From Octopus bimaculoides (lineage: Eukaryota): DNA of 44,429 nucleotides. Position numbers and translations under genes: made by a program. This document shows, piece after piece, positions 1 through 12,190 of the stretch. Where the stretch lies: the NCBI RefSeq assembly GCF_001194135.2, contig NC_068990.1:57323923-57368351 (forward strand), read 5' to 3'. How positions within the stretch are numbered: position 1 is the first letter of the stretch; each line of letters starts with the position of its first letter. Under the pieces are notes generated by a model. That model was not told where the DNA came from and ran no database searches. It saw only the letters and a list, made by a program, of their open reading frames with translations.

Positions 1-239
1 TATATATATATATATATATATGTATATACATGCAATTTATCTGCCTATTTATCCCATTAATTTTTTTTTTGTGTAATATGTAGCCATTTTCAATGTGTGT
101 GTGTCTGTGTATCTATATATCTCTCTCTCTATATATATATATGTAGAAATACATAAATCTAGAGGAGAAGCACACCCTAAAATGTAGAGCAGTTAATATT
201 ATAGTGGGGTATCCCACTTTTATATAACCCAGCCTACCC

Positions 240-280
<41 letters not shown>

Positions 281-315
281 TTGTATAGATAGATAGATAG
301 ATAGATAGATAGATT
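1..315. repeat. Compound microsatellite region (TA)n/(TG)n/(CT)n/(GATA)n
   Basis: Direct reading of tandem dinucleotide and tetranucleotide runs. Confidence 0.9.
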
Positions 316-778
316 TACCATTAGATGAATGAATTTTGTAGATAATTTCAGCAGTATTTGTATATCATTTTATTACCTGTATGCAACAATATTTGCTTAT
401 ACCAAGAATATTTATTTTTCAGCAGGTGTCACAATGATTAATTCATGTGAAAATCATAGAACTATAGTATAATGCACACATTCTTCCTTCCGATCTGCAG
501 ATGATTATAAAGGGAATGATAGACAGATAGATGGAAAAATTGATATTTAGAGAAATATAGGCAGGTAAATATTGATAGAAAGATGGATGGCTTTAGAAAG
601 AAAATAGATAAAAGGATATAGACAAACAAATAGAAAAATTGATAGCAAAAGGAATGTTGAAAGAAAAATATCCACACTCTCATACATGCAATCTATCTGC
701 TTATTTATCCTATTAATTATTTTTTGTGTGTAATATGTTGCCAATTTCAATGTGTGTGTGCATGTGCACATGCACATT

Positions 779-810
<32 letters not shown>

Positions 811-813
<3 letters not shown>

Positions 814-1000
814 TTAGGGAAAAAAACCAAGGTTCATTCATGAACTCATCGATGAAAATCCACTCTCACATATATATATATATTTATATTTTATACTGTG
901 AAACTTAATTTAATTTTAATTTGTAATAAATTGATTCTAATTGAGTTTTTACCTGTAATTTTGGATTTTTATCCCTAATATTATTATTATCATTATTATG
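811..1000 (+). repeat. Unclassified interspersed repeat ending in (ATT)n, related copy at 13915-14030
   Basis: Shared string taattgagtttttacctgtaa..ttt(g/a)gatttttatccct followed by (ATT)n at about 938-995 and 13938-14030. Confidence 0.55.
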
Positions 1001-1020
1001 ATATATATATATATATATAT

Positions 1021-1459
1021 NNNNNNNNNNNNNNNNNNNNNNNNNNNNNNNNNNNNNNNNNNNNNNNNNNNNNNNNNNNNNNNNNNNNNNNNNNNNNNNN
1101 NNNNNNNNNNNNNNNNNNNNNNNNNNNNNNNNNNNNNNNNNNNNNNNNNNNNNNNNNNNNNNNNNNNNNNNNNNNNNNNNNNNNNNNNNNNNNNNNNNNN
1201 NNNNNNNNNNNNNNNNNNNNNNNNNNNNNNNNNNNNNNNNNNNNNNNNNNNNNNNNNNNNNNNNNNNNNNNNNNNNNNNNNNNNNNNNNNNNNNNNNNNN
1301 NNNNNNNNNNNNNNNNNNNNNNNNNNNNNNNNNNNNNNNNNNNNNNNNNNNNNNNNNNNNNNNNNNNNNNNNNNNNNNNNNNNNNNNNNNNNNNNNNNNN
1401 NNNNNNNNNNNNNNNNNNNNNNNNNNNNNNNNNNNNNNNNNNNNNNNNNNNNNNNNNNN
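1021..1459. other. Assembly gap (N run)
   Basis: Run of N. Confidence 1.
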
Positions 1460-1489
1460 GTATATATGTATATATATATATGTATGTGT

Positions 1490-1687
1490 GTGTTTGTCCC
1501 CCCAACATCGCTTGACAACCGATGCTGGTGTGTTTATCTCACCGTAACTTAGCGGTTCGGCAAAAGAGTCGATAGAATAAGTACTAGGCTTCTAAAGAAT
1601 AAGTCCTGGGGTCGATTTGCTCGACTAAAAGGCGGTGCTCCAGCATGGCCACAGTCAAAAGTCTGAAACAAGTAAAAGAGTAAAAGA

Positions 1688-1688
<1 letters not shown>
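1490..1688 (+). mobile_element. SINE family A, 3' half
   Basis: Ends cagcatggccacagtc...tgaaacaagtaaaagagtaaaagag, matching the 3' part of the full copy at 27267-27685. Confidence 0.85.
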
Positions 1689-1725
<37 letters not shown>

Positions 1726-2045
1726 TCACATACATGCATATATCTATATATGCATACATATATACATACACATACACACACATTTATATACACATATATA
1801 TATACATACATATATATATAAATATATACATATGCTATAATCCTTTTGAGATCTCAGAAAATTTTTTCTGAATCTTCTGATTCTTTTAATGTGCTGTTTT
1901 CCTAGTATTAAATTGATATTAATTAATATCAAATTTTTTACCCTATTATTTTAACTAAATATATACATACATATACATACATATATATGTATGTATATGT
2001 ATGTATATGTATGTACACATATATATGTATGCATATGTATAGGCA
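1689..2045. repeat. (TA)n/(TACA)n/(TACATA)n microsatellites
   Basis: Direct reading. Confidence 0.85.
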
Positions 2046-2089
2046 CACAAACACACAAACATATATCATGTAACCAACCAGTCTATTAG

Positions 2090-2315
2090 ATGTTACACAT
2101 CACTGATTATAATGTGCTTTACATCGTTTTAAATGATGCCACCCCATTGGCTAAATGAACAGGCCGACATTACCCCCGATTGAAAGGGGAGTGGAGTAAT
2201 GTGAAGTGAAATGTTTTTGCTCAAGAACACAATCAGCTGTCTGGTCTGGGAATTGAACCAGCAATCTAGAAATTGTTACTGCAACAGCCTAACCACTACG
2301 ACGCAGGCCTTCATA
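2090..2315 (-). mobile_element. tRNA-derived SINE family C with CORE-like domain
   Basis: Minus strand has A/B-box-like head (tagtggttagg...ggttcaattcc) followed by gtgttcttgagcaaaaacatttcac; related copies at 13005-13327 and 18265-18468. Confidence 0.7.
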
Positions 2316-2476
2316 TACTCCCGCACACACATGCACACACACACACACACATGTATATATTCAGAAAGATAAACAGAGATAAGCAGATTGATAGATTCAT
2401 AAAGCAAGCTAGAGGGATATAAAGATGACTGGCTGTTTGGATGGACAGTTGCATTTAATTTAATGTCTGTCTGTCA

Positions 2477-2478
<2 letters not shown>

Positions 2479-2527
<49 letters not shown>

Positions 2528-2594
2528 TATACATATGCATATATACATATACACACACACATATATATGTCCATATATGTACACGTATATATAC

Positions 2595-2659
<65 letters not shown>

Positions 2660-2747
2660 CATGTATATATATATTTACATACATGTATATATACATACAC
2701 ATATATGAGTGTGTGTATCCATTTTCTCGATATATAAAGGTATATGG

Positions 2748-2788
<41 letters not shown>

Positions 2789-2928
2789 AAATTATTCATT
2801 CATATATCCAGTGAGTGATATTACTGAAAGAAAATGTATGTGTGTGTGTGAGAGGAAGAGAGAGAGAGGGAGAGAGAGAGAGAGAAAGAAAGAGAGAGAA
2901 ATAGAGAGAGAGAAAGAGATAGAGAGAA

Positions 2929-2969
<41 letters not shown>

Positions 2970-2970
2970 T
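2479..2970. repeat. (TA)n, (TG)n and (GA)n microsatellite block
   Basis: Direct reading. Confidence 0.95.
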
Positions 2971-3139
2971 AGCGTTGTGCTATACTCCATAATTTGGTTT
3001 CAATGAAAAATTAAATGAGAGAAGAAATATTTCAGATGCAAACTTGGTGGATTGGTTCAGGGGACATAAATGGAAGAAATAAAAGTGTTTAGATGAAGAG
3101 ATACAATGGAATGCATGGTAACATGTTGTTATATTAATG

Positions 3140-3871
3140 AAGGCGAATGCAGTGGTGGTGGTGGAGGTGGTGGTGGTGGTGGTGGTGGTAGTTGAGATGG
3201 TGTTGGTGGTGGTGTTGTAGTGCTTGTGGTGATGCTGGGGATGTAGATACTTGCAGTGGTGGTATTGGTAGCTGTAATTTTTGTGGTACTGGTCTTGGTT
3301 GTATTTATCTGTGGTTGTACGCATGGTGTTGGTAGTAGTGTTGGTGATGTTGCTAGTGGTGGTCATTGTTGTGTTGGGAGCCATGGTGGTTCTATAAGAT
3401 GGTGCTGTTGGTGTTGATGGTGATTTTGTGGTGGTAAGTTTTATCAGGGGTCGTTGCTAATTACATGGTAATTATTATGACATTAATGTTTTTGTTAACG
3501 GCGGTGGTAGTGGTAGTAGTGGTGGTTGCGGCGGTGGTGGTTGCAACGGTAGTGGTTGCGGCAGTGGTGCTAGCAGTGGGGGTGCTGGCAGCAGTGGCGG
3601 CAGTAGTAGTGGTGGTGGTAGTGGTAGTGGTGGAAGTGATGGCATTGTTGGTGGTGTGGTTGTAATCATGGCAGCTTCGGTGTTCATGCTGCTGTTGATG
3701 ATAATGATGATGGTAGTGGTGGTACTGTTGTTTAAAGTGATGGTAGTGATGACACTGGTATTTATAGTAGTGGTGTTGATGATGCTAGCATTAGTGGTGG
3801 CCATGGTGAAGGCAGTGTTTAAGTTGATAGTGGCATTGTTGAGTGTGGTGTTAGTTATCATTGTTATATCT

Positions 3872-3903
<32 letters not shown>

Positions 3904-4340
3904 GCAGTAGTGGTGGTGGTGGTGGTGGTGGTGGTGGTGGTGGTTGGATGAGGTAGTCTTTGTGAGATAAGTTAAAAGGGAGAATTGTAATGAGAGGACT
4001 AACACTATGTAATAGCAATGAGTAGGAAAACTAGTAGGAGCAGTGACTGCAACAGAAAACAATGAAGCATAATAAGGAAGCAAGTGTTGTGAGATGATCA
4101 GTAGTAGTAGTAGTAGTAATAGTAGTAGTAATAGTAGTAGTAGTAGTTAGAGGAGGAAGAGGAAGAAAAGGAATGAGAGAGGTTGGGGTAGATATGTAAA
4201 GAAAATATGATGCAATGTGATAGAAGAGATTACAATGAAGGAGTAAGAGAGAGGGATAATAAGAAGTTATGAGAAGGAGTAATTAGGAGGAGCTGAGAAG
4301 AGGGAGAGTAGCAGGAGAATAACCAGGGTAGAAGGAGGTG
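3140..4340. repeat. Cryptic triplet simple-sequence region (GGT/GAT/AGT/GCA)n grading into purine-rich sequence
   Basis: Pure runs (GAT)n 3872-3903, (GGT)n 3910-3945 and (AGT)n 4100-4146 embedded in degenerate triplets. Confidence 0.9.
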
Positions 4341-4503
4341 AGAAAGTGAAAGTAAACAAAAAATTAACAGCAAGCAGAAGAAAAGGGTCAAAAAGGAATT
4401 TATTAAAAAAAAATTGATTAGCTGCTAAGGTGCAACAGTGTTCTAAAAGCATTGTATTCTTTCCCAGGTTTGTGGAATTGATGTAGTTGATGTTAAGCTG
4501 TAA

Positions 4504-4708
4504 CCCTTTAGCATTTAAAATGGTCATGTCCAGTTCAAATACTCTACCCATTTCATATTCGAAGTGGCCTGTTCCAACCTCTCTTACCTACCCTGCAATG
4601 TCATTCTAAAAATAAACAATTACATCATCAACATCGCAAAGCTACAAGATAACACGTGATTAATTCCAAACAATATGAATAAATAAGAGAAGTCTGAATG
4701 CTGAAGGG
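4504..4708. mobile_element. MITE with piggyBac-type ends
   Basis: gtaa|CCCTTTAGCATT ... AATGCTGAAGGG|ttaa: 12-bp TIR with one mismatch, flanked by GTAA and TTAA, no coding capacity. Confidence 0.7.
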
Positions 4709-5615
4709 TTAAATTTGTCCTGTTAACATCTGTTAGCATATAACAGGATTGATGGGAATTCTTGAGGGTTAAGGAATTCAAGAGGTGCAGTTCTGTGAAG
4801 GGTTTACTAACTGAGAGATAGCATGTAACAGAAAAGTGGCATGAAAGAAATAGTGAAAAAGTACATAAGATAGGCTAGGGCAGAGATGGTAATCTGATAA
4901 GAAGTTAAGAGCAGCAAATCCTATTGTTGTATAGTAGAATGGAGAATCAACACATCTGTGGCCCAGTAGCATATTACTGAGTGAATATTTGTCTATCACC
5001 GGATGGGCTTTTTTTAAAATTTAGATCCAATCTCATTTATTTGTGAGCACAGCAATAACACTATCCCAGTTATGTGAGCAGCATTCTAATATGAGTTACA
5101 CTTGAGCATTGTAGTTTGTCAATAAACGATCAGCATTACAATATTATTTAGCTCAGAAAAAGATAATTTGATGTTAAGAGGCAGTTTTCCATGGTAGGAA
5201 ATCATCAGTGATTTTATGACCAAATTTGTAGTCAATTTGTAGTCAAAATGACCAAATTTTGTAGTCAATTTGGTCATTTTGTGGGTCTTGGGCCTGCAGT
5301 GGCTCAAGATTTCTGTTCAAGAAAACAGTGTATTTCTTGCATAATATAATGAAATTACATGTAGATGGTAAATTGTACACAGAAAACTAAGGAGGCATGA
5401 AAAGTGGTTTCATCTCTGAGAACATTCTGGAAAAAGTAACTACAAGCAGGTTGTGAAGAAGTAAGTGTGTGAGGAAAGGTAACTTAGGGAACACGAAAGT
5501 TATAAAAGTGTGAGAAGTATTTCTTGTAAAACAGGAGAATCAATAAAGTGTGAATCAGAAAGACACCATCTTTAAACATATCAAGCATGAGAAACTCATG
5601 GCTCTCATACAAGAT

Positions 5616-5893
5616 ATCCTTTATCTTTTACTTGTTTCAGTCATCAGACTGCGGCCATGCTGGAGCACTGCCTTGAAGAATTTTTAGTTGAATGAGTCAA
5701 ACTCGATGCTTATCCATTTTTCCAAGCCTGGTACTTATTCGATCAGTCTCTTATGCTGAACTGTTAAGTTACAGGGATGCAAACACACCAACACCAGTTG
5801 TCAATCAATGGGGGTACAAAGACAAATACACACACACGTTCACACACACACACACACTCCTACATGCACACAAACACATGTACACGTACACAG

Positions 5894-5940
<47 letters not shown>

Positions 5941-6096
5941 ATGGGCTTCTTTTAGTTTCTGTATACCAAATCCACTCACAAGGCTTTGGTCAGCTTGAGG
6001 CTATAGTAAGAGACACTAGCCCAAAGTGCCACGTGGTGAGACTGAACCCAAAATCATGTGGTTTGGAAGCAAGCTTTTTACCACACGGCCACACCC
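5616..6096 (-). mobile_element. SINE family A, near full length, internal (CA)n
   Basis: Reverse complement of the 27267-27685 layout: tRNA-like head, body, central microsatellite, tgactgaaacaagtaaaaga tail. Confidence 0.9.
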
Positions 6097-6384
6097 GCAC
6101 CCATATTCCAAGACTTTTCTTATAATGTCAAGAGTAACAATATTGCTTTCACAGCCACTCTAACAAGTCCAAGACTGCTGGAGTATCACATAGACATACA
6201 GGTTTTCCATAGATTTAGTTCCACAGAAGCTGTGATGATGGTTATTGAAAAGAAAAGAATCTCACTGTAATGTGGGAGTTGATTGCTTATATCTGATTCT
6301 ATTGTCTTTTGATTCATTAAAACAGAAGACACTACAGCAGTAAAAAGGATCAGGGAGAACTATAACATGAAGGTTGAAAGATGC

Positions 6385-7210
6385 TGAACTTTGCTGCTAA
6401 ACGGGGTGCTTAAGAAGGCTCTGTTAACTAAAAGAAAACAACGTTTAAAGAAACTGTACTTTGTGGTCAAGTATAGTGATTGTGATTCAGACAAACTTTA
6501 GAAACATCCCTGCGTGTTTTATATCAAGACATTAGTTTTGTAGTCGTGACCCAGAACTTTACCTTTCGCAGACATGGTGAGAGAATCCATACAGAGTGTA
6601 TTTCAGTAACTGTGAATAGGTAGAATCATTGTAAGGTGTACATTTTCATTTGTAGTCGTTGGTGAGCTGATAAGAGTTGTACAGAAAATTACTATCTTGG
6701 AAGTCCTAACATTATTAACAAGACAATTATTTCTTGTTCTGAAAATATCATTTCCAGTAATAAAAAAAAAAATTATGAAGTAATTTTTAACTCAACAATG
6801 CTCTTACCCATATTACAAAAGCAACCAAAAAATTGTCAGAGAAAACTCCATAAAATGGTGTTCTAGCCAGGTCAGAGTCCAGATGTGCATCTAATTGAGA
6901 ATATTTAGGAATATGATGATGATAATGATGATGATAATAATAAAAATGAACTTATTGTATACAGAGCTCAGGTGCACTATTATTGGGTGTAAACTTCTTG
7001 GAAGAAAATTTGCAAACAGTGGTCCACTTTGGGGGACTGTAGAACATGAATTCCTGGTAAAAGCAATCTGATTATCTAATCAAAAGATTAGTAACATAAA
7101 GAATGCTAAGAGAAATGCTATTCCATATTAATTAATTAGGGTATTTTTACTTGTTCTTATTTTTTTTATGAGTTTTCTCTGTGTTTTCTCTTACTGCTAA
7201 ACTCTATAAA
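6385..7210 (+). mobile_element. Highly degenerate Tc1-like transposase relic
   Basis: Manual translation gives NNALTHITKATK...F*PGQSPDVHLIENI* (about 6795-6908; resembles DNAPxH...WPxQSPDLNPIENxW), upstream LLTKRKQRL and a C-terminal NIKNAKRNAIPY* (about 7095-7133). Confidence 0.6.
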
Positions 7211-7354
7211 GAAAGAAAAACACACATTCCATGAATTTCTTTCAGACTGTTGTATTATTTTCCATCTTAGTGAAATACCTTGCTTCATAAAATGTTTACT
7301 TATTATATCTCAGATAGTGCTATGCATGATTGCCACTGACTCAAAATTATATCT

Positions 7355-7590
7355 CCCTCTCTCTCTCTCTCACACACACACAAACACACACACACTGTCT
7401 CCCTCTCTCACTCTTTCTCATTATTTCGCTCTCTTTCTATATGTGTGTGTGCATGTGTGTGAGTGTGCATGTGTGTTGTGTGTGTGTGTGTGTGTGTGTG
7501 TGCATGTGTGTATGTTGTGTGTGTGTGTTTGTGTGTGTGTGTGTATTGTGTGTATGTTGTGTATGTATCATCATCACCATCATCATCTTC
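7355..7590. repeat. (CT)n/(CA)n/(TG)n/(CAT)n microsatellite block
   Basis: Direct reading. Confidence 0.9.
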
Positions 7591-7778
7591 ATAATAATTT
7601 TATGTTCATTTTCCATGCAAGCATAGATTGAACAGATTGATAAAGCAAACATATAGCAAAACAAAGAAATATTTTTCATTTTTTAAAAAGAAATACATGA
7701 ATACATGCTCTTTAAGTAATTGTGGTAAAACATCAGAGAATAATAAAAGATGATTGAAGCAAGTAAAAGATAAAAGAT

Positions 7779-7960
7779 ATCGTTTATCTTTTTCTTGTCT
7801 CAGTCATTAGATTGTGGTCATGCTGGGGCACCCCCTTAAAGGGTTTAATTGAACAAATTAACCCAAGTCTTTTTTGTAAAGTCTGTTACTTATTCTACCA
7901 GCCTCTTTTTGCAACACAAGTTGTCAAGTGGTGTTATGAGACAAACACAAACACAATTAC
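7779..7960 (-). mobile_element. SINE family A, 3' half
   Basis: tcttgtctcagtcattagattgtggtcatgctggggcac matches the family A tail reversed. Confidence 0.8.
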
Positions 7961-8694
7961 ACACATACACACACACAAAATTGAATAAATAGAGTCAAGA
8001 ATGCGTATGTTTAGAGAGCTATTTAATGAACACTACACATGTTTCGATACCACATAGATCCACATGCACACAAGATTTAAATTGAGCAATGGTTTACCTA
8101 TATAATGGGATCCAGTTGTATCTCCTCACGTGATATATAATCGCTGTCCCTGTTAGTAAATTTTTGACTTTGATGCCAACACATGCAACTGGCTCTTTTG
8201 AATCTAGCAGACACTGGCAGTTCCAATCTTCTCGCAGTCAACATGCCACTGCATGCTTGACATGAGTGGCATTGGATGCACTGGCTGTCCACTTTGTTTC
8301 ACATGCTAGGTTGCATATACTAAGTTTTACTATTTCACAAATACACTCACACATATGCTTATACACAAGAACATTTATTTGTGATTACTACAATTGTTTC
8401 TATGCAACATAGTTCTTCAGATTTGCAGGTATTTGGTTATGTAACTGTTTCCTTGCATTGTGTCTCAAGAACAAGATCTCGCAACTTATTCAATTATCCA
8501 TTCACATGCTACAGAATTCCCAATGTAAATCTGGCAGTAGGTATTATGCTACTGTTGGTTAGCACTGGGCAAAATCTGAAGGTGGGCAAGTTTGATACTG
8601 TATTCTACTATGTTTTTAACAGAACATAACCTAACTATATATAAATATGTATATATTTACACGCAAACACACACATATATACACACACACACAA

Positions 8695-8852
8695 GCGGCA
8701 GGCTTCCTTCAATTTCTGTCTACCATATTCACTTACAAAGCTTTGCTCAGCTGGCGGTTATTGTAGAAAACTCTTGCCTAAAATGCCACACTGTGGGACT
8801 GAACCTAGAGCTATGTTGTTGGGAAGCAAACTTCTTAGCACACAGCCATGCT
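8695..8852 (-). mobile_element. SINE family A, 5' tRNA-like head
   Basis: gggactgaacc (B-box reversed) and gggaagcaaacttcttagcacacagccatg match the head of other copies. Confidence 0.8.
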
Positions 8853-9304
8853 AGTGCCTACACAGCTACATGTGTATAAATGAAAATAATTAAAAAAATC
8901 TTGAGAAAGTGCAAGTAAGAAAAGAGAAGCCAAGGTTAAATTTGATGAATAGTTAGATACTTTGCTGTGTTGTGATCAATTCCTCTGTCAGAAGAATTAA
9001 TAAATAACCCATTTTAATATTTCATGTGAATATGCCATCTGATAGAAATGACCGTGACTAACAATAGCATTTAGTGTCTTCATTAAAATTTTCTCCATGA
9101 GATTTACTTCAAAATTGTATAATGTATTATTCATAAGACAAGTGGCAAATACCTGCATCAAAAGTCATCCATTTATTCTGTTAGGAATTGACTGAATAGA
9201 AAATCTAAGAAAATCCAATTGAAAATCAGAAATGCAGTTTTCACACTACTGGAAATAGTTTTTTCTCTTTCTTGTAAATATATTTACTGCATTTAAGATA
9301 AATA

Positions 9305-9420
9305 AATACACACACACACACACACATACATACATACATACATACATACATACATACATACACACATATACAAATTCATGCATACATACATACATACATA
9401 CATACATACATACATACATA
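9305..9420. repeat. (CA)n/(TACA)n microsatellite
   Basis: Direct reading. Confidence 0.95.
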
Positions 9421-10390
9421 GACATTAAAACCTGCAAAATTCTTACATCAACTGGAAATCTTTCTCAAAAATAGTGATATTGACAGGCTCTACTTAAGAA
9501 GAGATAAAAGAGGTGGGGGCATGAGATCAGTGCAGACAGCCTTTGAATGTCACATAGTATCTCTCAGCCAACACTTGCTAAACAACAGTAGCAAAAATAA
9601 ATACATTAACTTGGTGTTGAAATGTAATGCAAACAATATCATACATGTTGGAAGTGAGCTCCTCAGGAACTACTATCTTCCTGATGACCTTCCATACAAC
9701 CCCAAATCAGCTGGATTAGCATACCTTAGAGAAAACTTGGAACTGAAATGCTCAGCATACCTTGGTTATGTTTCTTGTAGATTTGAAGAATATAGTAACA
9801 CTGAAGCAAAGCCTCTCATGACCACTACATCCCATCACACTTCAAAGACGATGCATTTGTAGACCAAGAATAGAAGATTGCTGCTAAATACCTATCAAGA
9901 AAAGAGACAGTGAAGCACTTGGAGTTCCAAGATGCAGCCGTAAATGTAGGTTACATCATATTTCTGATTAAAAGCTGACCAAAATTGTTATCAAGGTACT
10001 ACCTCCCTATGTGATATGACATTGTCACAAAAACAATGTACAATACCATTTTGGAAAAAAGACTTGTCCGGGAATAAATATACAGAGTCCCCTTGTTATT
10101 GAATGAATATACAAATACCAGCACAAGGAATACTGCTGGAAAATTCTCATCAAATCATCTGTCAAGTATAAGCATAACAGGTCAGATAATGTTGCTTGGG
10201 GCAAACAAGAAAAAGTATGCATCACCACAGAGGTCAGCTGTCCTGCTGATGTGAATATCTCTTCAAAAATCAAAGAAGAAGAAGATAACTTTGGACAACT
10301 GATTTGAAACCTACAGCTTCTGAATCCAGATTAGAAATTTACATTTATACCAATAGTAATTGGGGCACTTGGTTTTGTAAGTAAATGCTT
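9421..10390 (+). mobile_element. Degenerate RLE-type non-LTR retrotransposon (R4/NeSL-like), post-RT and endonuclease region
   Basis: Translations DIKTCKILTSTGN / SDIDRLYLRRDKRGGGMRSVQTAFECHIVSL, YDIVTKTMYNTI and KHNRSDNVAWGKQEKVCITTEVSCPADVNI...FTFIPIVIGALGFV fit the PD-(D/E)xK restriction-like endonuclease layout; stops and frameshifts present. Confidence 0.8.
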
Positions 10391-10399
10391 AGTCCACCG

Positions 10400-10705
10400 A
10401 TGCCTACCAATTATTATTGGTATAAATGTAAATTTGCAATCTGAATATAGAAGCTGGAGGTTTTTAAGCAGTTGTTCATGCTTTCTTCTTTCTCTTTGAT
10501 TTTTCAAAGAGATATTCACAATATCAGGACAGCTGATCTCTCTGTTTGTACTTATCTTTTCTTGTCTGTCTCAAACAACAATACCCAGTCTGGTATGCTT
10601 AGACTTGACAAATATTTTGATGGGAATTTTCTGCCAGTATTCCTTGTGCTGATGTTTGTGTATGTATTCAATAACAAGGGAATTCTCTATATTTATTCCA
10701 GGACA
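10400..10705 (-). mobile_element. Second, inverted copy of the same RLE region
   Basis: Minus strand reads QHKEYWQKIPIK...ISCPDIVNIS / LLKNLQLLYSDCKFTFIPIIIG and aligns with 10065-10363. Confidence 0.85.
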
Positions 10706-10886
10706 GTATTTTTATGTACGTACATATGTATGCACGTATGTATGCACGTATGTATGCACGTATGTATGCACATATGTATGCACGTATGTATGTATGCACG
10801 TATGTATGTACGTATGTATGCATGTACGTATGCACATATGTATGCACGTATGTATGCACATATGTATGCACGTATGTATGTATGTA

Positions 10887-10923
<37 letters not shown>

Positions 10924-10960
10924 ATGTATGTATGCATGAATGAATGTATTTATGCATGTA
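10706..10960. repeat. 12-bp minisatellite (tatgtatgcacg) plus (TATG)n/(TG)n
   Basis: Direct reading. Confidence 0.9.
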
Positions 10961-11645
10961 CATTAAGAAACTATCATTTTAGTATATAATGGTTTCAATG
11001 AGTTTTAAGGATGGTGTATAAATTTTATAGAGGAACAGATGAAGTAAATTAGTAACCGTTTTGCTGGATGTTGGGTTAAATTCAGAAGAATATGAAATCA
11101 AATATGTTATGACATAAATAAAATATGGCAGATTTCATTTACTCTTTTCAAAATTGCTATCATATATATATATGAAGAGCTTACTTTCAAAACCAGATAT
11201 ATGCATCAGAATGACTTTTGAGTAATTATTTAAAACAACAAATATGTCTGATTTTGATTGGAAGACTAAGATTCACCTACTGTCTCTATGGCATCTACTT
11301 TAGTTTGACAGAAAAAAATTCCACGTGCATGAAGCCAGCAGCTTGCAGATTGTGTTTTAATGGTTATCATGAAATCGACCAAATATGCACTTATACCGGT
11401 TTTTAAAGTAAGCTCCTCATATATATATATACATAAAACAAATTATATATAAGCATATGCATGTATACCTACATCTACATGTATATATAGATGCATATTC
11501 GGGTACAGGACGTTAGAAAAATGAACGGGAACATAAAAACAAAACGGACTTTGTTTACAGACAACAAAACAAACACATAGGAAAGCAAACAAGCCACTTG
11601 GAATTATTCCTTTATCAGCTGCCTCTATTCTAAAACTAGGCGTTT

Positions 11646-11980
11646 ATATCACCATCATCGTTTAACGTCCACTTTCCACACTGGCATGGGTTGGACAGTT
11701 TGACTGAGAACTAGCAAGCCAGAAGGTTGCACCAAGCTCCAATCTGATCTGACAAAGTTTCTACAGCTGGATGCCCTTCCTGACACCAACCACTCCGAGA
11801 GTGTAGTCGATGCTTTTATGTGCCATTGGCATGAGGGCCAGTCAGGCAGTTCTGGCAACGACCATGCTCAAGGTGTTTTTTACATGCTACCTGCATGGGA
11901 GCCAGTCCGGCGGCACTGGCAATGACCATGCTCGAATGCTGTTTTTCATGTGTCACCGGCACATGTGCCAGTAAGGCGCA
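11646..11980 (-). mobile_element. SINE-like family D (GAT-tailed, internal 66-bp tandem units), 3' part
   Basis: Colinear with 42158-42500; shares ctacagctggatgcccttc, a motif typical of RTE-type 3' ends. Confidence 0.8.
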
Positions 11981-12190
11981 TATATATATACATACATGCA
12001 TAAATATACATACATATACATATATATATACACATATACACACACACGCATACAAACGCATATATACATATATATACATGCATATATATACATACATATG
12101 CATACATACATAATACATACATACATACATACATACATACATACATACATACATACATACATACATACATACATACATACATACATGTAT
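11981..12190. repeat. (TA)n/(TACA)n microsatellite
   Basis: Direct reading. Confidence 0.95.

Noticed and set aside
2980-4083. Poly-Thr, poly-Val, poly-His and poly-Pro ORFs resembling mucin or His-rich proteins
   Set aside because: Produced by degenerate triplet repeats open in several frames on both strands; no domain and no convincing splice sites.
5218-5280. Short repeats of gaccaaattt/gtagtcaa
   Set aside because: Small local slippage duplication with no further structure.
11490-11640. Possible further Penelope terminal fragments (also 13800-13915 and 14088-14135)
   Set aside because: Resemblance is from memory only, with no diagnostic motif intact.
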